A program made the position numbers and the translations under genes. Shown here piece after piece: positions 25,623 to 39,096 of a stretch of DNA of 64,000 nucleotides. The stretch's first letter is position 1. Each line of letters starts with the position of its first letter. The notes beneath the pieces were generated by a model that made no database searches, was not told where the DNA came from, and was given only the letters and a program-made list of their open reading frames with translations. Location of the stretch: the NCBI RefSeq assembly GCF_006345805.1, contig NC_042999.1, positions 93,744,001-93,808,000 of the forward strand, given 5' to 3'. Source of the stretch: Octopus sinensis. Taxonomy: Eukaryota.

Positions 25623-26869
25623 CGTGAGTGTATGTGTGTGTGTGTGGGGACATCTGCTTATTCCAGCATTGCAAGCCAGTATCTCGATGCTGCTGTTGTT
25701 GCATTAATCTAACTTAGAGAGTGAAGCAAGGTACATATTTAGTTCAAAACTTTAAGAATATTATTTACTGAGTTAGTGTAAAATAAAACAGGAATTAGGA
25801 AAATGTTTTTGGTATTATATATTTACCTTTACATATGTTTCATTTACTAATAGGAATTACAGAAATTTATATGTTGGATAGACGTGTCAGAAATTTGTTA
25901 TCAAATTTCTAACAAGTTTATCTAACATACAAAACTTTGTAAAACATGTAAAATATGAGTAATGGTGAATACATAATAGCAAAAGATTGCACCTCCCCGT
26001 TTTGTTGTGTGTGTGTGTGTAAAACTTTGAAATATCACTGGATACAAAATGAATTCTACCCATTCATCGATGGCTTTTTGAAATAATTTGTACATCAGTA
26101 CTATTTTTTGATTATTCGCGGACATTTTGCATCAATATTCAAAATATTCCCATATTTACATAACCGGAAATTAGTTGTTGCTTCAAGCTTGTTTAACTCT
26201 AGTAGCACGGATTTCTAACAGACGTCATGCCAATATTTCTATCCAGTTTTCCTATCTTTTATGGCAAGCATCTTCATTAGATATAATTTCTTTTAATCAG
26301 TAGTGTGTTTCAGTGAGAATTGGCAGCTGGCTCTAGCATCACGGGCAGGATTCACCAAAATACACTGCAAATGGTCCAAGTATCAAATGTCTTCACAGAC
26401 GTATATTTTCGTACTCTCTACATCATTGATTGTCTAAGCCATTTACGCAATCGAAGAATAGATTTGAAAATTACAATACTTTGAGAGTGTAAAAATTGTA
26501 TTTTCTGTTGAGAAGAAACATAACAGCTCTTTTTCTAATGAAACAAGATATTAATTTCAATATAATATGAGGAAATTGTAATATTATATTATAACCTTGG
26601 GACATCTCTCTATTATTACTATGAAAAGAAAACGTAGTTAAAAGAAAACAATAATATAAAACACAGAAATAATCGAGCCGGTGTTTTAATGTTTTCCCAT
26701 AAAGTACCGTTGATGTTGATAACAAACGATAATGCGATTTGAAAACAATTTTCGACTCTCTTTCATAACAACTTGTGATGATATCATATTGTTACATTTT
26801 TAAAAATGCGTGCGCGCACCCACACACGCACTTACACATACAAACATGTGTAGTCAAAGCATGTATGTA

Positions 26870-26883
26870 CATGCATACATACA

Positions 26884-26916
<33 letters not shown>

Positions 26917-26928
26917 CTATCTATCTAG

Positions 26929-26988
<60 letters not shown>

Positions 26989-26989
26989 A

Positions 26990-27050
<61 letters not shown>
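26870..27050. repeat. (CATA)n-(CTAT)n-(TA)n microsatellite
   Basis: Directly visible. Confidence 0.97.
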
Positions 27051-28616
27051 CATGTATTTATTCATGTATAAATAAGAATAAATGTGCGTGTCTCTGTGTA
27101 TGTTTGTATGTATAAATGTACGTATGATCACAGACGCGCATACATGTAGAACATATGAAGTACACATAGAACATATAAAGTACACATTCATATGTGTACT
27201 TTATACACATGCATACAAATGTTTGTGTCTGAGTGAGTGTGCATCTATATATAAGCATCATGTAAATTGGAAGTTTATATCTGTATGTGTGTGTGTCTGT
27301 CAGTCTGTGTCGTATCGTTACACAGCTCGTTGCCTTTAATATCTGAAATGAATTCGGTCGAAGCTCCAGTATGATTTTGAAATCTCTAGAGTAAGTTTAC
27401 TTTCAGTCTTTGGCGTTTTAATCAAAGGTAAACAATAATCTATATAAAGTAAACATCTTTCTACTTACAGTATTGATTGCAAGCAATTGATGATGCTTCT
27501 TCATATATTTATCTTTTAATAGTTAATGGTAGTTATAAAAATGAATGTAGACGAATCAACATGCTTAACTCTCTATAGTCACTCAACCTGTCAGAAATGC
27601 CAGTCAAATATCCCAGAATTCACCTTAAAATATTTTAGAAAACGTCTCTATTGAATAATATTGCTCTGGTTAAACAAAATCTAAATTAATCTACGCGTTA
27701 GTCATAACTGGAATGCAATTAATCATAGTTCTGTTATATTAAAATAAGCAACAAGAACAACAGTAACAGTAAAATGAACAAAGCCAATGGCAAGTAATGT
27801 AAAGCACATTTATTTGTTGATACAATAACATTCAAAGACGTAAGTTGTCTCTTAGCGTGTAGCCAGCATTAGAGTAGCTATACGATTCTCAAAATGTGAA
27901 GCATATGTTCTTATTCTTGAGTATGTGATTTCCAGAGAGTACAGGGTAAGAAACGATTAACCCAGCATTGCAGGCCATGATACCACTTTACATTAAATAC
28001 CTACTGCTACATCTGGAACGAAGTACGGAAGCCTATCACGAGACCTTACTTCTTCGAGAGATAAAACGCAATAATCATTCTCAGTAAAATTCGAACTCAG
28101 TATATTTAGAATTTATGTTTATGTACGTGTGTCGGCGTCTGTGTCACACACTGAAAATTGCACATTTATAAATGTATATGCATAAGCAAAATTTGATATT
28201 AACTTGTGATTAGAATGTTGCTGAATAATCTGTCTTGTGATTCAATCACAATTATGCCACTTGCGCCAAACGTCTGGACACCTACAGGTAGAACAAGAAC
28301 GAGATAGCTGGATATCAGTAGTAATGTTTGGTCATTTAGTCACACATGAGAATACGGCCGGAATATGTATTGCTAGCTGCTTCTGATAGGATAGAAGAGG
28401 CGTCTAATGATCCTACCCCTTAGGAATCTCTTAGGAAAAGTATGTGGAGAAGATAGATTGTTGGGTATTTACACACTACTTGCAACTGCATTACTATGTG
28501 TTATCATTCGTAATATATGGTTCAGGTGAGAAATAAATGCAAATTTATTATAAAATTTTCATCTTTTCTTCAAAACTCGTATGGGCTGGTCCGTGATACG
28601 CACTCACGCATGCACG

Positions 28617-28662
<46 letters not shown>

Positions 28663-28967
28663 AGAATGGAGAATTATGCATGCTCAAAACTAGTCTTCTA
28701 CAGTACTATACACGATACATTCATGGAAGAATATCGTCTCGAAGGAAAATACATCCTGATCTTGCTAGGACTTTCTCGATAACTAACTATATATTCGTTC
28801 TATTCCCGTAAGCCATTAAGGGCCACTCTAAGTTTAATAGTTTATATAACCTTATACTGTTTCATAGCGATCACGGCTATCATCTCTATTTTCGCGGAGA
28901 TGATAGCAGATACTGAATTCAAGACTAGCACACACTGAATTCTTCAAAGGTAATATTGACATCCAAC

Positions 28968-29228
28968 TTAATGTGGGGATTGTATAAGATCACAGAATTT
29001 TATGTTATTTACCCTGAGAAAAAAAAATCTGATAAAGACATGTGTTGCATGAAAGAAATCGAAATCATATAGTTCACAGACAAAACTCGTCTGTTGAATC
29101 TGTCGTAACTGCCAGATCACATAATTCCATCCTGCTATACCGTCGCCAGTGACAGATGTCCAGCAGCATGATAACATCCGAACCTCCCACCAATGATATA
29201 TATATAATCTCTGAGTCGATTCCGGCAT
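28968..29228 (-). pseudogene. Possible highly decayed Tc1/mariner catalytic-domain fragment
   Basis: RMLSCCW...G...Y..QL... and NNIKFCDLIQSPH loosely resemble K.M.W.C and W..QSPDL. Confidence 0.3.
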
Positions 29229-30123
29229 TGGTGACGCAAACAGCTAGGCAGCTTACTAAACAATAATTAATAGAGACAATATTAATGAAGAAGGTAATTT
29301 GATCTCCATCTTAACAAAGAGGCTAAGTCAGAACAGAAAATACTGTGTTAGTTGAGTGCATAAAAGCATTCGCAATTATATGTCCTTAGGAGAGATTTCG
29401 CAAGGAAACTACCTTAAATAAAGCTGACACGTATACACTGGCTGAACATATATTGCAGCTGAACAAAGAGGATGCAATTAAATGCTACACTTTAGGACGT
29501 TAATGCAGTGAGAAACATACCGGGTCTAGAATTAACGTGAGTGCATAATGTATAATACTGCAATAAACAAGGTTTTAGGATCTATAATTCTCCTTAAATT
29601 CTTATAATGTCTTGACTTGCGAAATCAGGATTCACCTATAGGGAAAATACCGTGTAATTGTAAAGCACCTACACAGATTCACGATTTCTATTCCTTTACG
29701 CTACACACACACACAAATAAACACATACACACACAAATATTCACATGCACACACACACACACACACTCACACACACACACATATATAAATTTATATATTC
29801 ATACATATACATATTTGTGTGTGTGCTTGTATATTTTGCCATGGAAAAAAATCCAAGTTGTACAAAGAAAGGTGTAAACACGCCGAATCTTCTCTCAGAG
29901 ACCCCTCACAAGACTTATGCCAGATCGAAGCATCTTTCCGTTTTCCCTCGCTGAAGAGAACTCCAAAATGAATGCATCCAATATACTAGGTTTAAGACTG
30001 CGAGGTGACTCAATGTATTTACACTTTACTACCAATGTGAGAATACAGAGAATGGCATTTACATGCAGTAGAATGTGCTTCAAGCATATTTTAAATGGTA
30101 ACAAGATTGTATCCGCACTCATG

Positions 30124-30155
<32 letters not shown>

Positions 30156-30559
30156 TATGTACATCCTAAATATAGATGTATATAAGCAAGTGTATATGTG
30201 TTTACATACATGTACGTTCTTACATGTATATACACATGTACGCAAGCATAAATATATACATACATACATACATACATACATACATACATACACACACATA
30301 TACACACACATATATATATATATGTATGTATGTATATATAAAATTCCTGAGCGAGATATAATCAGTGACAGTACGGAATCGTAACTTATAATTGCAAACC
30401 AAGTGTGGCGTCCTATGCAGGACAGTGCTAATGACGCGCACGTATTGCCCCGGGAAGACACCTCTTCAAGCTGGCTAATGATATACATTCTGAGCCCGAT
30501 TAGTATTTGCGAGTGCAATAAGTTTTCCTCAGTAGCTTGTGATTAACAAACGCTGAGGA

Positions 30560-30650
30560 CGGGTAACCAATCAGAAGCGCTAGTCTGTATGTATTACGTA
30601 AGGTTACAGATGAAAGCGATGGCCTCCCCTCGCAAATACCAATCGGACAC
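30560..30650. promoter_or_regulatory. Candidate promoter elements: two CCAAT boxes and a TTACGTAA palindrome
   Basis: AACCAATCAG (CCAAT 30567), TTACGTAA 30594-30601, ACCAATCGG (CCAAT 30639), in a locally CpG-richer stretch. Confidence 0.25.
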
Positions 30651-30699
30651 ACAATGTGTGTCGTTAGCCAGCTGGAGATGTCTTCTCGAGGCTGTAAAC

Positions 30700-31075
<376 letters not shown>

Positions 31076-32957
31076 TTATTTATTTATTGTTGATGTCTTA
31101 TGATTTAGGAATATTTGTTCAAACAGTAAATCTCGAAGTATTTAAAGCTAGAAATGATACCAAGTAGATATTAATTTTAAATTTTGATACTATTTCGGAG
31201 GAGAGGTTTGCAGTTAATACCTACTTTATGGGTTTTAAAACTATTCACCTTCTCAATTAAGTATTTTAACACTCTTATTTATAGCTTCCATGATCAATAT
31301 TCCAAGTGAGAATTGTACGCACGCACACACACACAAGTATATATCTCTACATTTATATGTCTGGTGTGTGCATATGTATAAATGTATGTATATACACGAG
31401 TAGTAGACGGCAAGTGCAGTGGTAATAGTACTTCTAATTAATTGAACTTGGATAAATATAATTTGATGGGAACATCTTTAAGCTAAAATCATTCAAGTAA
31501 AGTTGGAATTTAAATCAAAATAATGGGCCTTTTCTTTGGGTTGTGATGGGATAGAAGCAGTGAAGAAATTGTGCAGCATGTTTTTAATGTGGTTGATTTC
31601 AAAGTATGATTTCTTTCTTAATAACACACACTCCTTGAATTAACATGACAGTCAATGTTTTAAACAGAGTCTGAAAATATATGTTACGGAACAATCACAT
31701 TCATTCCTCAATAGTTATCTATATTACAGTTAGATGCAACCACAATGCAACCCTTAAAAATGTTACCGAACAATTTAGTTTTTCGAAAACAATTCAGCTA
31801 CACTTAATGATGAGATCTTAGCTACAAACTCTAAATATGTGCATAAATATTAGATGCGGTTAATATCGAAATTATAATTAAGTTTGAAATGAAATTAAAA
31901 TATAAAACAAAAAATCAAAACAAAAACAAAACGACAAATGTATAAATTATAATTTAAAGAGTAAAACATTAAGGTACTAAAAAACTAAAATTAAAATATT
32001 AAGAAGCCAAAAAATTAACGAAGTAATTTATTTTAAAATTTTATCTAAGAAAATAACAAAAATTTAAAAAATAAAGTATAAAAACTTTTGAAAGTTTAGA
32101 AAATGGAAAAAATTATCATATTAGGAAAGAAAACATTTAAACTTTAAAATTAAAAGAATCTTAAATGTAAGAATAATCTAAAATAAATTAAGCATTAAAA
32201 AATTAAAATTTAGAATCAAATTGACAAATTAAAAATGAAAAGATTTATAAGTTTAATTTAAATGTTTTAACAATTATCTTTATATATTCGGATATTTAAG
32301 TTCCAAGTCCCTATTATGTAATCTTTAAATATTTTACTTGTATTTTTATCTATTTATATTTACAGCATATATTTTAATTTTTATTATATCAAATTCAAAT
32401 TTATTTCTTTAAACTTTTAGTTTTTCCAAGTCAAAATCATATTGTGTTCAACAATTCTAATTTTAGAATTTTCGTTCCTTAATTTTATTTATAATTTTTC
32501 AGTTTCATTTTCAGATTTCAGTTTCTATTCTTAATTTTACTATTGATTTCAAAATTTTGCATAAGGCCAGTAATTTGTTTGGAGTGGGTGGGGAGGGATG
32601 TACGTCGATTATATGGACCTTAGTACTTAACTGTTACTTATGAGATTTACCTCGAAAGGATAGGCGAGATCGATATCGGTGGAACCTGAAGACTGAACCT
32701 AAATTCAGGAACTAAAGACTGACAAAATGTTACTAATCATTTTGTCTAGGGTGCTAGTGATTCTGCCAGATCACCGCCATATGGTTAATATCAATATTAA
32801 CAATAGGCAGTCGGTGAGCTTGGCAGGATCGATAAAATACGTACCAGTTGAACGCAGTGGTCGATGTGATCTGCTTTCCATTCCCCTACAATTGTTGACA
32901 TTGTGCCAAAATATGTATATATGTATGAATATATATATATATGTATATATATATACT

Positions 32958-33170
32958 ATTTTACTCTTTTACTTGTTTCAGTCATTTGACTGCGGTCATG
33001 CTGGAGCACCGCATTTAGTCGAGCAAATCGACCTCTGGATTTATTCTTTGTAAGCCTAGTACTTATTCTATTGGTTTGTCTTGCCGAACTGCTAAGTTAC
33101 CGGTACGTAATTACATAACCATCGGTTGTCAAGCGATGCTGGGAGGGACAAACACAGACACACAAACATA
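32958..33170 (-). mobile_element. SINE 3' half (family of 38529-38980)
   Basis: TTTTACTTGTTTCAGTCATTTGACTGCGGTCATGCTGGAGCACC is the reverse complement of that SINE's 3' end. Confidence 0.85.
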
Positions 33171-33185
33171 TACACACATACATAT

Positions 33186-33227
<42 letters not shown>

Positions 33228-33477
33228 ACACACGCACACGCGCACGCACACACACGCACACGCACACACACGCACACGCACACACACACACATACACACA
33301 CACACACATATAGCTGCCAAATCTTGACTCTGAAACCACATTAAATGTCCATACAGCACCAAGAGAGAAGACAAGAGACAAAATAAACTAGCAAAACATA
33401 ATTACTGGATAGTTCCAGATCCCGGATCTCTGACTTTGCCTACATTGCTCTGCCTACATCGGCGGAACGTACTCAGC

Positions 33478-33524
<47 letters not shown>

Positions 33525-33544
33525 CAGATATGAACAGATAAGTG

Positions 33545-34121
33545 GTACAAGGCACCAATATTTACTGGAAATTATCAATCGATACAAATACGACGTTATT
33601 GTTTAACTTCACTGCGTATTTACTAGCTAAGACGTTTGTGTGCAACAATCATGAAAAATTTGACTTACCTCCAGGAAGAACATTCGATAAATGGACAACC
33701 TAGAATCGGATAATGCAAAACAGGTTTCTAACTCTTCAAATACGTTTGACAACGTAAATTTAATCAGTCTTCATCAGCTGCATTTACCTAGGAAATATTT
33801 CAAATTATTATTTTCATTGAAACTCCTTCACTGTTCTCGTTCTGTTAACGGCTAGGCGTTCAGGCAAGTATACTGGGATTGATGTGGCAACATTTGAAAT
33901 AGGTTGTCCAAGACAAATTTTTCATGTTTGCTGCACGCACTCGTCTTTGCTAGTAAATACGCAGTGAAGCTATAAAATAACGTCGTATTTGTATCGATTG
34001 CTATTTTCCAGTAAATAATGGTGCTTTTTTGTTCCGTTTATCTATTTTTATATGTACAATTCTACCATTTTGGGGCTTTATTTTACTGGAAGGTAATACA
34101 TTTGTATTGCATTATTATTTA

Positions 34122-34128
<7 letters not shown>
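33545..34128. mobile_element. Family M foldback: ~113-bp arms, 3' tail on the right arm
   Basis: 33552-33664 is an imperfect reverse complement of 33912-34024; a second copy lies at 54560-54910. Confidence 0.85.
33712..33784 (-). ncRNA. Type I hammerhead with long stem II (family M)
   Basis: AATGCAG-CTGATGA-AGACT[hairpin]AGTTA-GAAA-CCTG-TT-TTGCATT; 7-bp stem I, GUU site. Confidence 0.75.
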
Positions 34129-34169
<41 letters not shown>

Positions 34170-34172
<3 letters not shown>

Positions 34173-34350
34173 GGGGATTACTATACATAAATGCATCACG
34201 CTAGGAGGAAATCTTAAAGTGAAAAGCTAGCATAATAAACAAGTTAATATAATATAAATATATTTAAAGTGAATAATTAATAAATTTTTCCGTTATGAGG
34301 TTTTCACACTAACACGTCTCATAAATTCTTGTAAAAACTTTATCCTATTA
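34170..34350. mobile_element. Internally deleted family B foldback remnant
   Basis: 34170-34226 matches 15331-15390 directly; 34270-34350 matches 15225-15300 inverted. Confidence 0.7.
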
Positions 34351-34352
34351 TA

Positions 34353-34384
<32 letters not shown>

Positions 34385-34393
<9 letters not shown>

Positions 34394-35007
34394 TATAATA
34401 ACAAATTAATAAATAAAACATATGCATATATACATACATATATGTACGTACCTACATCTACATGTATATATACATGCATATATGGGTACAGGACACCAAA
34501 AAAACGTCGAACGCAATGAGAAACGAAAACATAAACACAAAACCAAGGAAATGGACATAATTCTTAAACAACGAAAAAAGAGGGTGCAGGACATAAAACA
34601 CAAGGAAAATTCCCCTTCTTCAGTCGCCTCTGTTTCATCTACTACGCGTATCGAAGGTAAAGGCGAGTCGCCTCTGTTTCATCTACTCCACGTTTGGAAG
34701 GTCTCGAAACGCGGAGTAGATGAAACAGAGGCGACTGAAGAAGGGGAATTTATCTTGTGTTGTATGTCCTATACTCTATGTTTTCGTTGTTTAAGAAAAA
34801 TGTCCTTTTTCTTGGTTTTGTGTTTATGTTTTCGTTTCTCATTGCGTTCGACGTTTTTTTGGGTGTCCTGAACCCATATATGCATATATATATACATGTA
34901 GATGTAGGTTCGTACATATATGTATGTATATATGCATATGTTTTATTTATTAATTTGTTATTATATGACGGAATGCACGCATCCATTTCTAAGTAAGTTT
35001 GTTCTTA

Positions 35008-35010
<3 letters not shown>
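34385..35010. mobile_element. Family C foldback with a complex central junction
   Basis: Minus copy 34385-34666, short minus fragment 34667-34701, plus copy 34702-34948, plus ~60-nt tail; TA flanks. Confidence 0.88.
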
Positions 35011-35078
<68 letters not shown>

Positions 35079-35514
35079 GGTTATCAATTCTATTCACAAG
35101 CTTGTTGAAGTGAATTCCTGCTTTGATAGAGATTTGGTTGCATTTGGGTATGATTATGTTACCAATTTAACTAATGAAATCACACGCACTGTATATTTTG
35201 GTTCACTTGCTTCCGTTTTATTTCTTATCTTATTTCGGGTAGAGTTCTTTCGCCACTCTTCTGTACACTCACCAGTAGTTCTTTGCTTATCTTTCTTTTT
35301 TTCGACTCCAAAAAAGAAAAAGAAAGAAGAACGCGCCAGGAAAAACGAAAGAACAAAGCGAAGGACCATTGATGAGGTCACAGAAGTGTGATGAAAAAAT
35401 GTGGCGGAAATAAAATTAATATGAATTAAAGCTGAAGCAAGTGAACACCAAACATATAGTGCGTGTGTTTTCAGAGGCTAAATTGGCAGCATAACCATCT
35501 CCAAATGTTACGAT

Positions 35515-35732
<218 letters not shown>

Positions 35733-35768
35733 GCGAGAAGGTTGGTGTGTGAAAGCACGTGGTTGAAT

Positions 35769-36410
35769 ATATAGAAAATAGTAAAATGTGAAAAAACTAC
35801 AGAAGGCTTGTTTTAAAAGGATAAAAAATATATTTGATTCGTTATGTCAGAAGAATGTTATAAAAATTTTTTCATACAGTGACATAGTTTTTGAAGAAAT
35901 TACCGGTTTCGTGTCAACTTTTCAAATTTCGCAAAACATCGTGTTATGTCTTCGTTATGAAGTGCAAAGAAGAGTTCCAGGTAGGGGGAGGTAATAAGCG
36001 ATTTTTTCGGTATAAGGGAGATAATCGCTTTATATTTTTCCCTTTTATTTAATGGGGTGAATTTCTCTGTATAAGAATGTTAAGTCCAAACGTAACCACT
36101 CTAACATTCTTATACAGAGAAATTCACCCCATTAAATAAAAGGGAAAAGAAATATAAAGCGATTATCTCCCTTATACCGGAAAAAATCGCTTATTACCTC
36201 CCCCTACCTGGAACTCTTCTTTGCACTTCATAACGAAGACATAACACGATGTTTTGAGAAATTTGAAAAGTTAACACGAAACCGGTAATTTCTTCAAAAA
36301 CTATGTCACTGTATGAAAAAATTTTTATAACATTCTTCTGACATAATGACTCAAATATATTTTTTAACCTTTTAAAACAAGCCTTCTGTAGTTTTTTCAC
36401 ATTTTACTAT

Positions 36411-36420
<10 letters not shown>
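35769..36420. mobile_element. Family D foldback: ~313-bp arms, 19-bp spacer
   Basis: 35769-36082 is a close reverse complement of 36102-36420; each arm holds GAAAT-TTGAAAA-GT..AC-GAAA-CCGG-TA-ATTTC. Confidence 0.92.
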
Positions 36421-36470
<50 letters not shown>

Positions 36471-36475
<5 letters not shown>

Positions 36476-38042
36476 TAGATAAACTTAGATATGTTTCGAC
36501 CAATGATTGGTCCAGGCCATGTCTAACTTAATAGCACCACCTAATAGGATTATTTGAATCTTGTTTAAGTCAAGTTTTGTTTATGGTCCATTCCAGTAGT
36601 GAGTTTTTGTTGGGTGAGTTGTATCCAATTATGGGTGGCTTATCTGGTATTCCTTGAAGGAATCTATCCAGACTCCGTTTAAAGTTGGTGGGATCCTGTT
36701 CCTCTTTGATCTCTTTCGGGACAATTTTAAAGAGGGCAGGACCTGTTGAGAAAAAGAAATTATGTTGTAGTGTACATGTATGCTGTGACCTTGAATTGGG
36801 CAGGGGACATATGGCCCGTTGTCCCAGTCTTGGATGAACCTTGAAGCTAAAGTTCAGGTCGTTTGGGCAAAGTTGGCGGTATATTCTCCACATCGTACAA
36901 ATGATATACCGCTAGAGCAGCCATGCCTTCATTTCGTTTAGTGAGTGCTCTCTGGGGTGATTCAATCCTCGAGATGTTTTGTCTTGTATGGGAAGACCCC
37001 AGTGGGCAGCAGTATTCGAGGTGTGGCCGTACAAAGGAGGAGAAAAGTGGTATGATGACACCTTTTTCTCTGGACCGGAAAGTTCTTAAGATCCAGGAAC
37101 TCATCCTACGAGCTATATCGACCTTCTTGTTGATGTGTGCACTCCAACTGAGATGGTCATCAACAATTACGCCCAGGTCTCTAATATTGTTAGAGGCTGT
37201 GAGCGGTTCCCCTGAAGGAAAAAAGTATGGCTGTTTTAGTGAGGAAGTTCTTCCAAAATGTATCAGCTCAAATTTTCCTTCGTTCAGTTGCATTTTGTTT
37301 CTGTCTGCCCATTGACTCACAGCATATAGATCAGACTGGAGTTGAGTTCCGTCTGCTTCTTCATTGACGATTTGCTGGAGCTTAGTGTCATGAGCAAATA
37401 TTTTCACTTTGCAGTAATGTACGACACTGGAAAGGTAGTTTATGTAGATTATGAAGAGTAGCGAACCCAAGACAGTCCCCTGGGGGACACCGCTGGTGAC
37501 TTTTGCTGGGCTTGAGTGAACTCCATCAACTACAACATGTGTTCTATTCGCCAGGAAATACTTGATCCAGTGTAGAACTTTTCCGCGGATTCCAACATTT
37601 GCCAATTTTAAGAGTAGGATATTATGCTCTACCCTGTCGAACGCTTTACTGAAGTCAAGATATATGACGTCAGAGTTCGAACCTGTTCCCAAGGCTTTGA
37701 GTACATCTTCAATGTGGTGTAAAAGCTGTGTTAGACAGTCCCTACCTCAGCAAAAGCCATGCTGATTTGCATTTAAGAGTTTGTGGGTCTCCAGGAAGTC
37801 AGCTATCCTTGATCTTAACACTCTTTCAAACACTTTGATGATGTGGGAGGTGAGTGAGATTGGGCGATAGTTGAGTGCGAGGGATCTGTTTCCCTGTTTG
37901 AAAACCGGGATGACTGACTGGGATAGAAACTGTTTCGGTATATAACCTGCGTCTAACGAATTTTTCCAGAGGTTGGTCAGAGGGACTGCAAGTTGGTGTC
38001 TACATTCCTTCGGGAGACTAGCAGGGAATCTATCAGGGCCTA
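36471..38042 (-). mobile_element. 5'-truncated CR1/L2-group LINE with a frameshifted reverse transcriptase
   Basis: NYRPISLTSHIIKVFER, QHGF, YLDFSKAFDRV, SGVPQGTVLG.LLF.IYIN, FAHD (decayed YADD), VRPHLEYC; 3' end has tandem AAACTTAGAT beside (TA)n. Confidence 0.95.
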
Positions 38043-38528
38043 CATATAACATATATTTAGCCTCTAATTCATATCATCGAAAAGTTTCGTGTAGAGGTTC
38101 ACATAGCTTTTGAATTCATTCTAAATATTTCAGAGATTCACACTCCGAATCTCATGGCACAACACATGAATATGCCAGATGGATAAACGAATGTGCTCGA
38201 GCAACAAAGAAAGATCAAATCATTTCTCATGTCCAATGGTGTTTGAATCTGCATAGCATAGTGATGGGAAATACACCACTTTAGAAGGGAATCGTAAAGA
38301 CCGCAGTCTGCCAATGCATTATATATATATATATATATATATTTTTGTTTGGCTTCAAATATATGGCTCCTGGATGCTTTCATATGTATATAAACAAATG
38401 TATTAGTTGCCCCTAGTGGTGCTTATATAAAGACATATATATGTTTGTGTATATATGTATTTATGTATGCATGTATATATGCATGCATGTACCTAAGTAT
38501 ATATGCATGTATATATGCATGTACGTAA

Positions 38529-38694
38529 GGCGCAGGAGTGGCTGTGTGGTAAGTAGCTTGTTTACCAACCACATGGTTCTGGGTTCAGTCCCACTGCGTG
38601 GCACCTTGGGCAAGTGTCTTCTACTGTAGCCTCGGGCCGACCAAAGCCTTGTGAGTAGATTTGGTAGACGGAAACTGAAAAGAAGCCCGTCGTA

Positions 38695-38764
<70 letters not shown>

Positions 38765-38977
38765 TGTGTGTGTTTGTGTGTCTGTGTTTGTCCCCCTAGC
38801 ATTTCTTGACAACCGATGCTGGTGTGTTTATTTCCCCGTTACTTAGCGGCTCGGCAAAAGAGACCGATAGAATAAGTACTGGGGTTCACAAATAGAATAA
38901 GTCCCAGGGTCGAGTTGCTCGATTAAAGGTGGTGCTCTAGCATGGCCGCAGTCAAATGACTGAAACAAGTAAAAGAG

Positions 38978-38980
<3 letters not shown>
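38529..38980 (+). mobile_element. Full-length tRNA-derived SINE with an internal (TA)n/(TG)n tract
   Basis: A-box-like TGGCTGTGTGG, B-box-like GGTTCAGTCCC, core GGCACCTTGGGCAAGTGTCTT, tail GAAACAAGTAAAAGAGTAAA; multiple copies in the window. Confidence 0.92.
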
Positions 38981-39022
<42 letters not shown>

Positions 39023-39050
39023 TTTATTTTAAGCAGCAGAAAATTCAACA

Positions 39051-39096
39051 AAATCTGTTACTCTGAGTTTCTCGTTGCCGTTCATCAGACAGTTTT
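39051..39096 (-). ncRNA. Minimal PLE-type hammerhead (family E)
   Basis: Mirror of 40704-40749. Confidence 0.82.
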
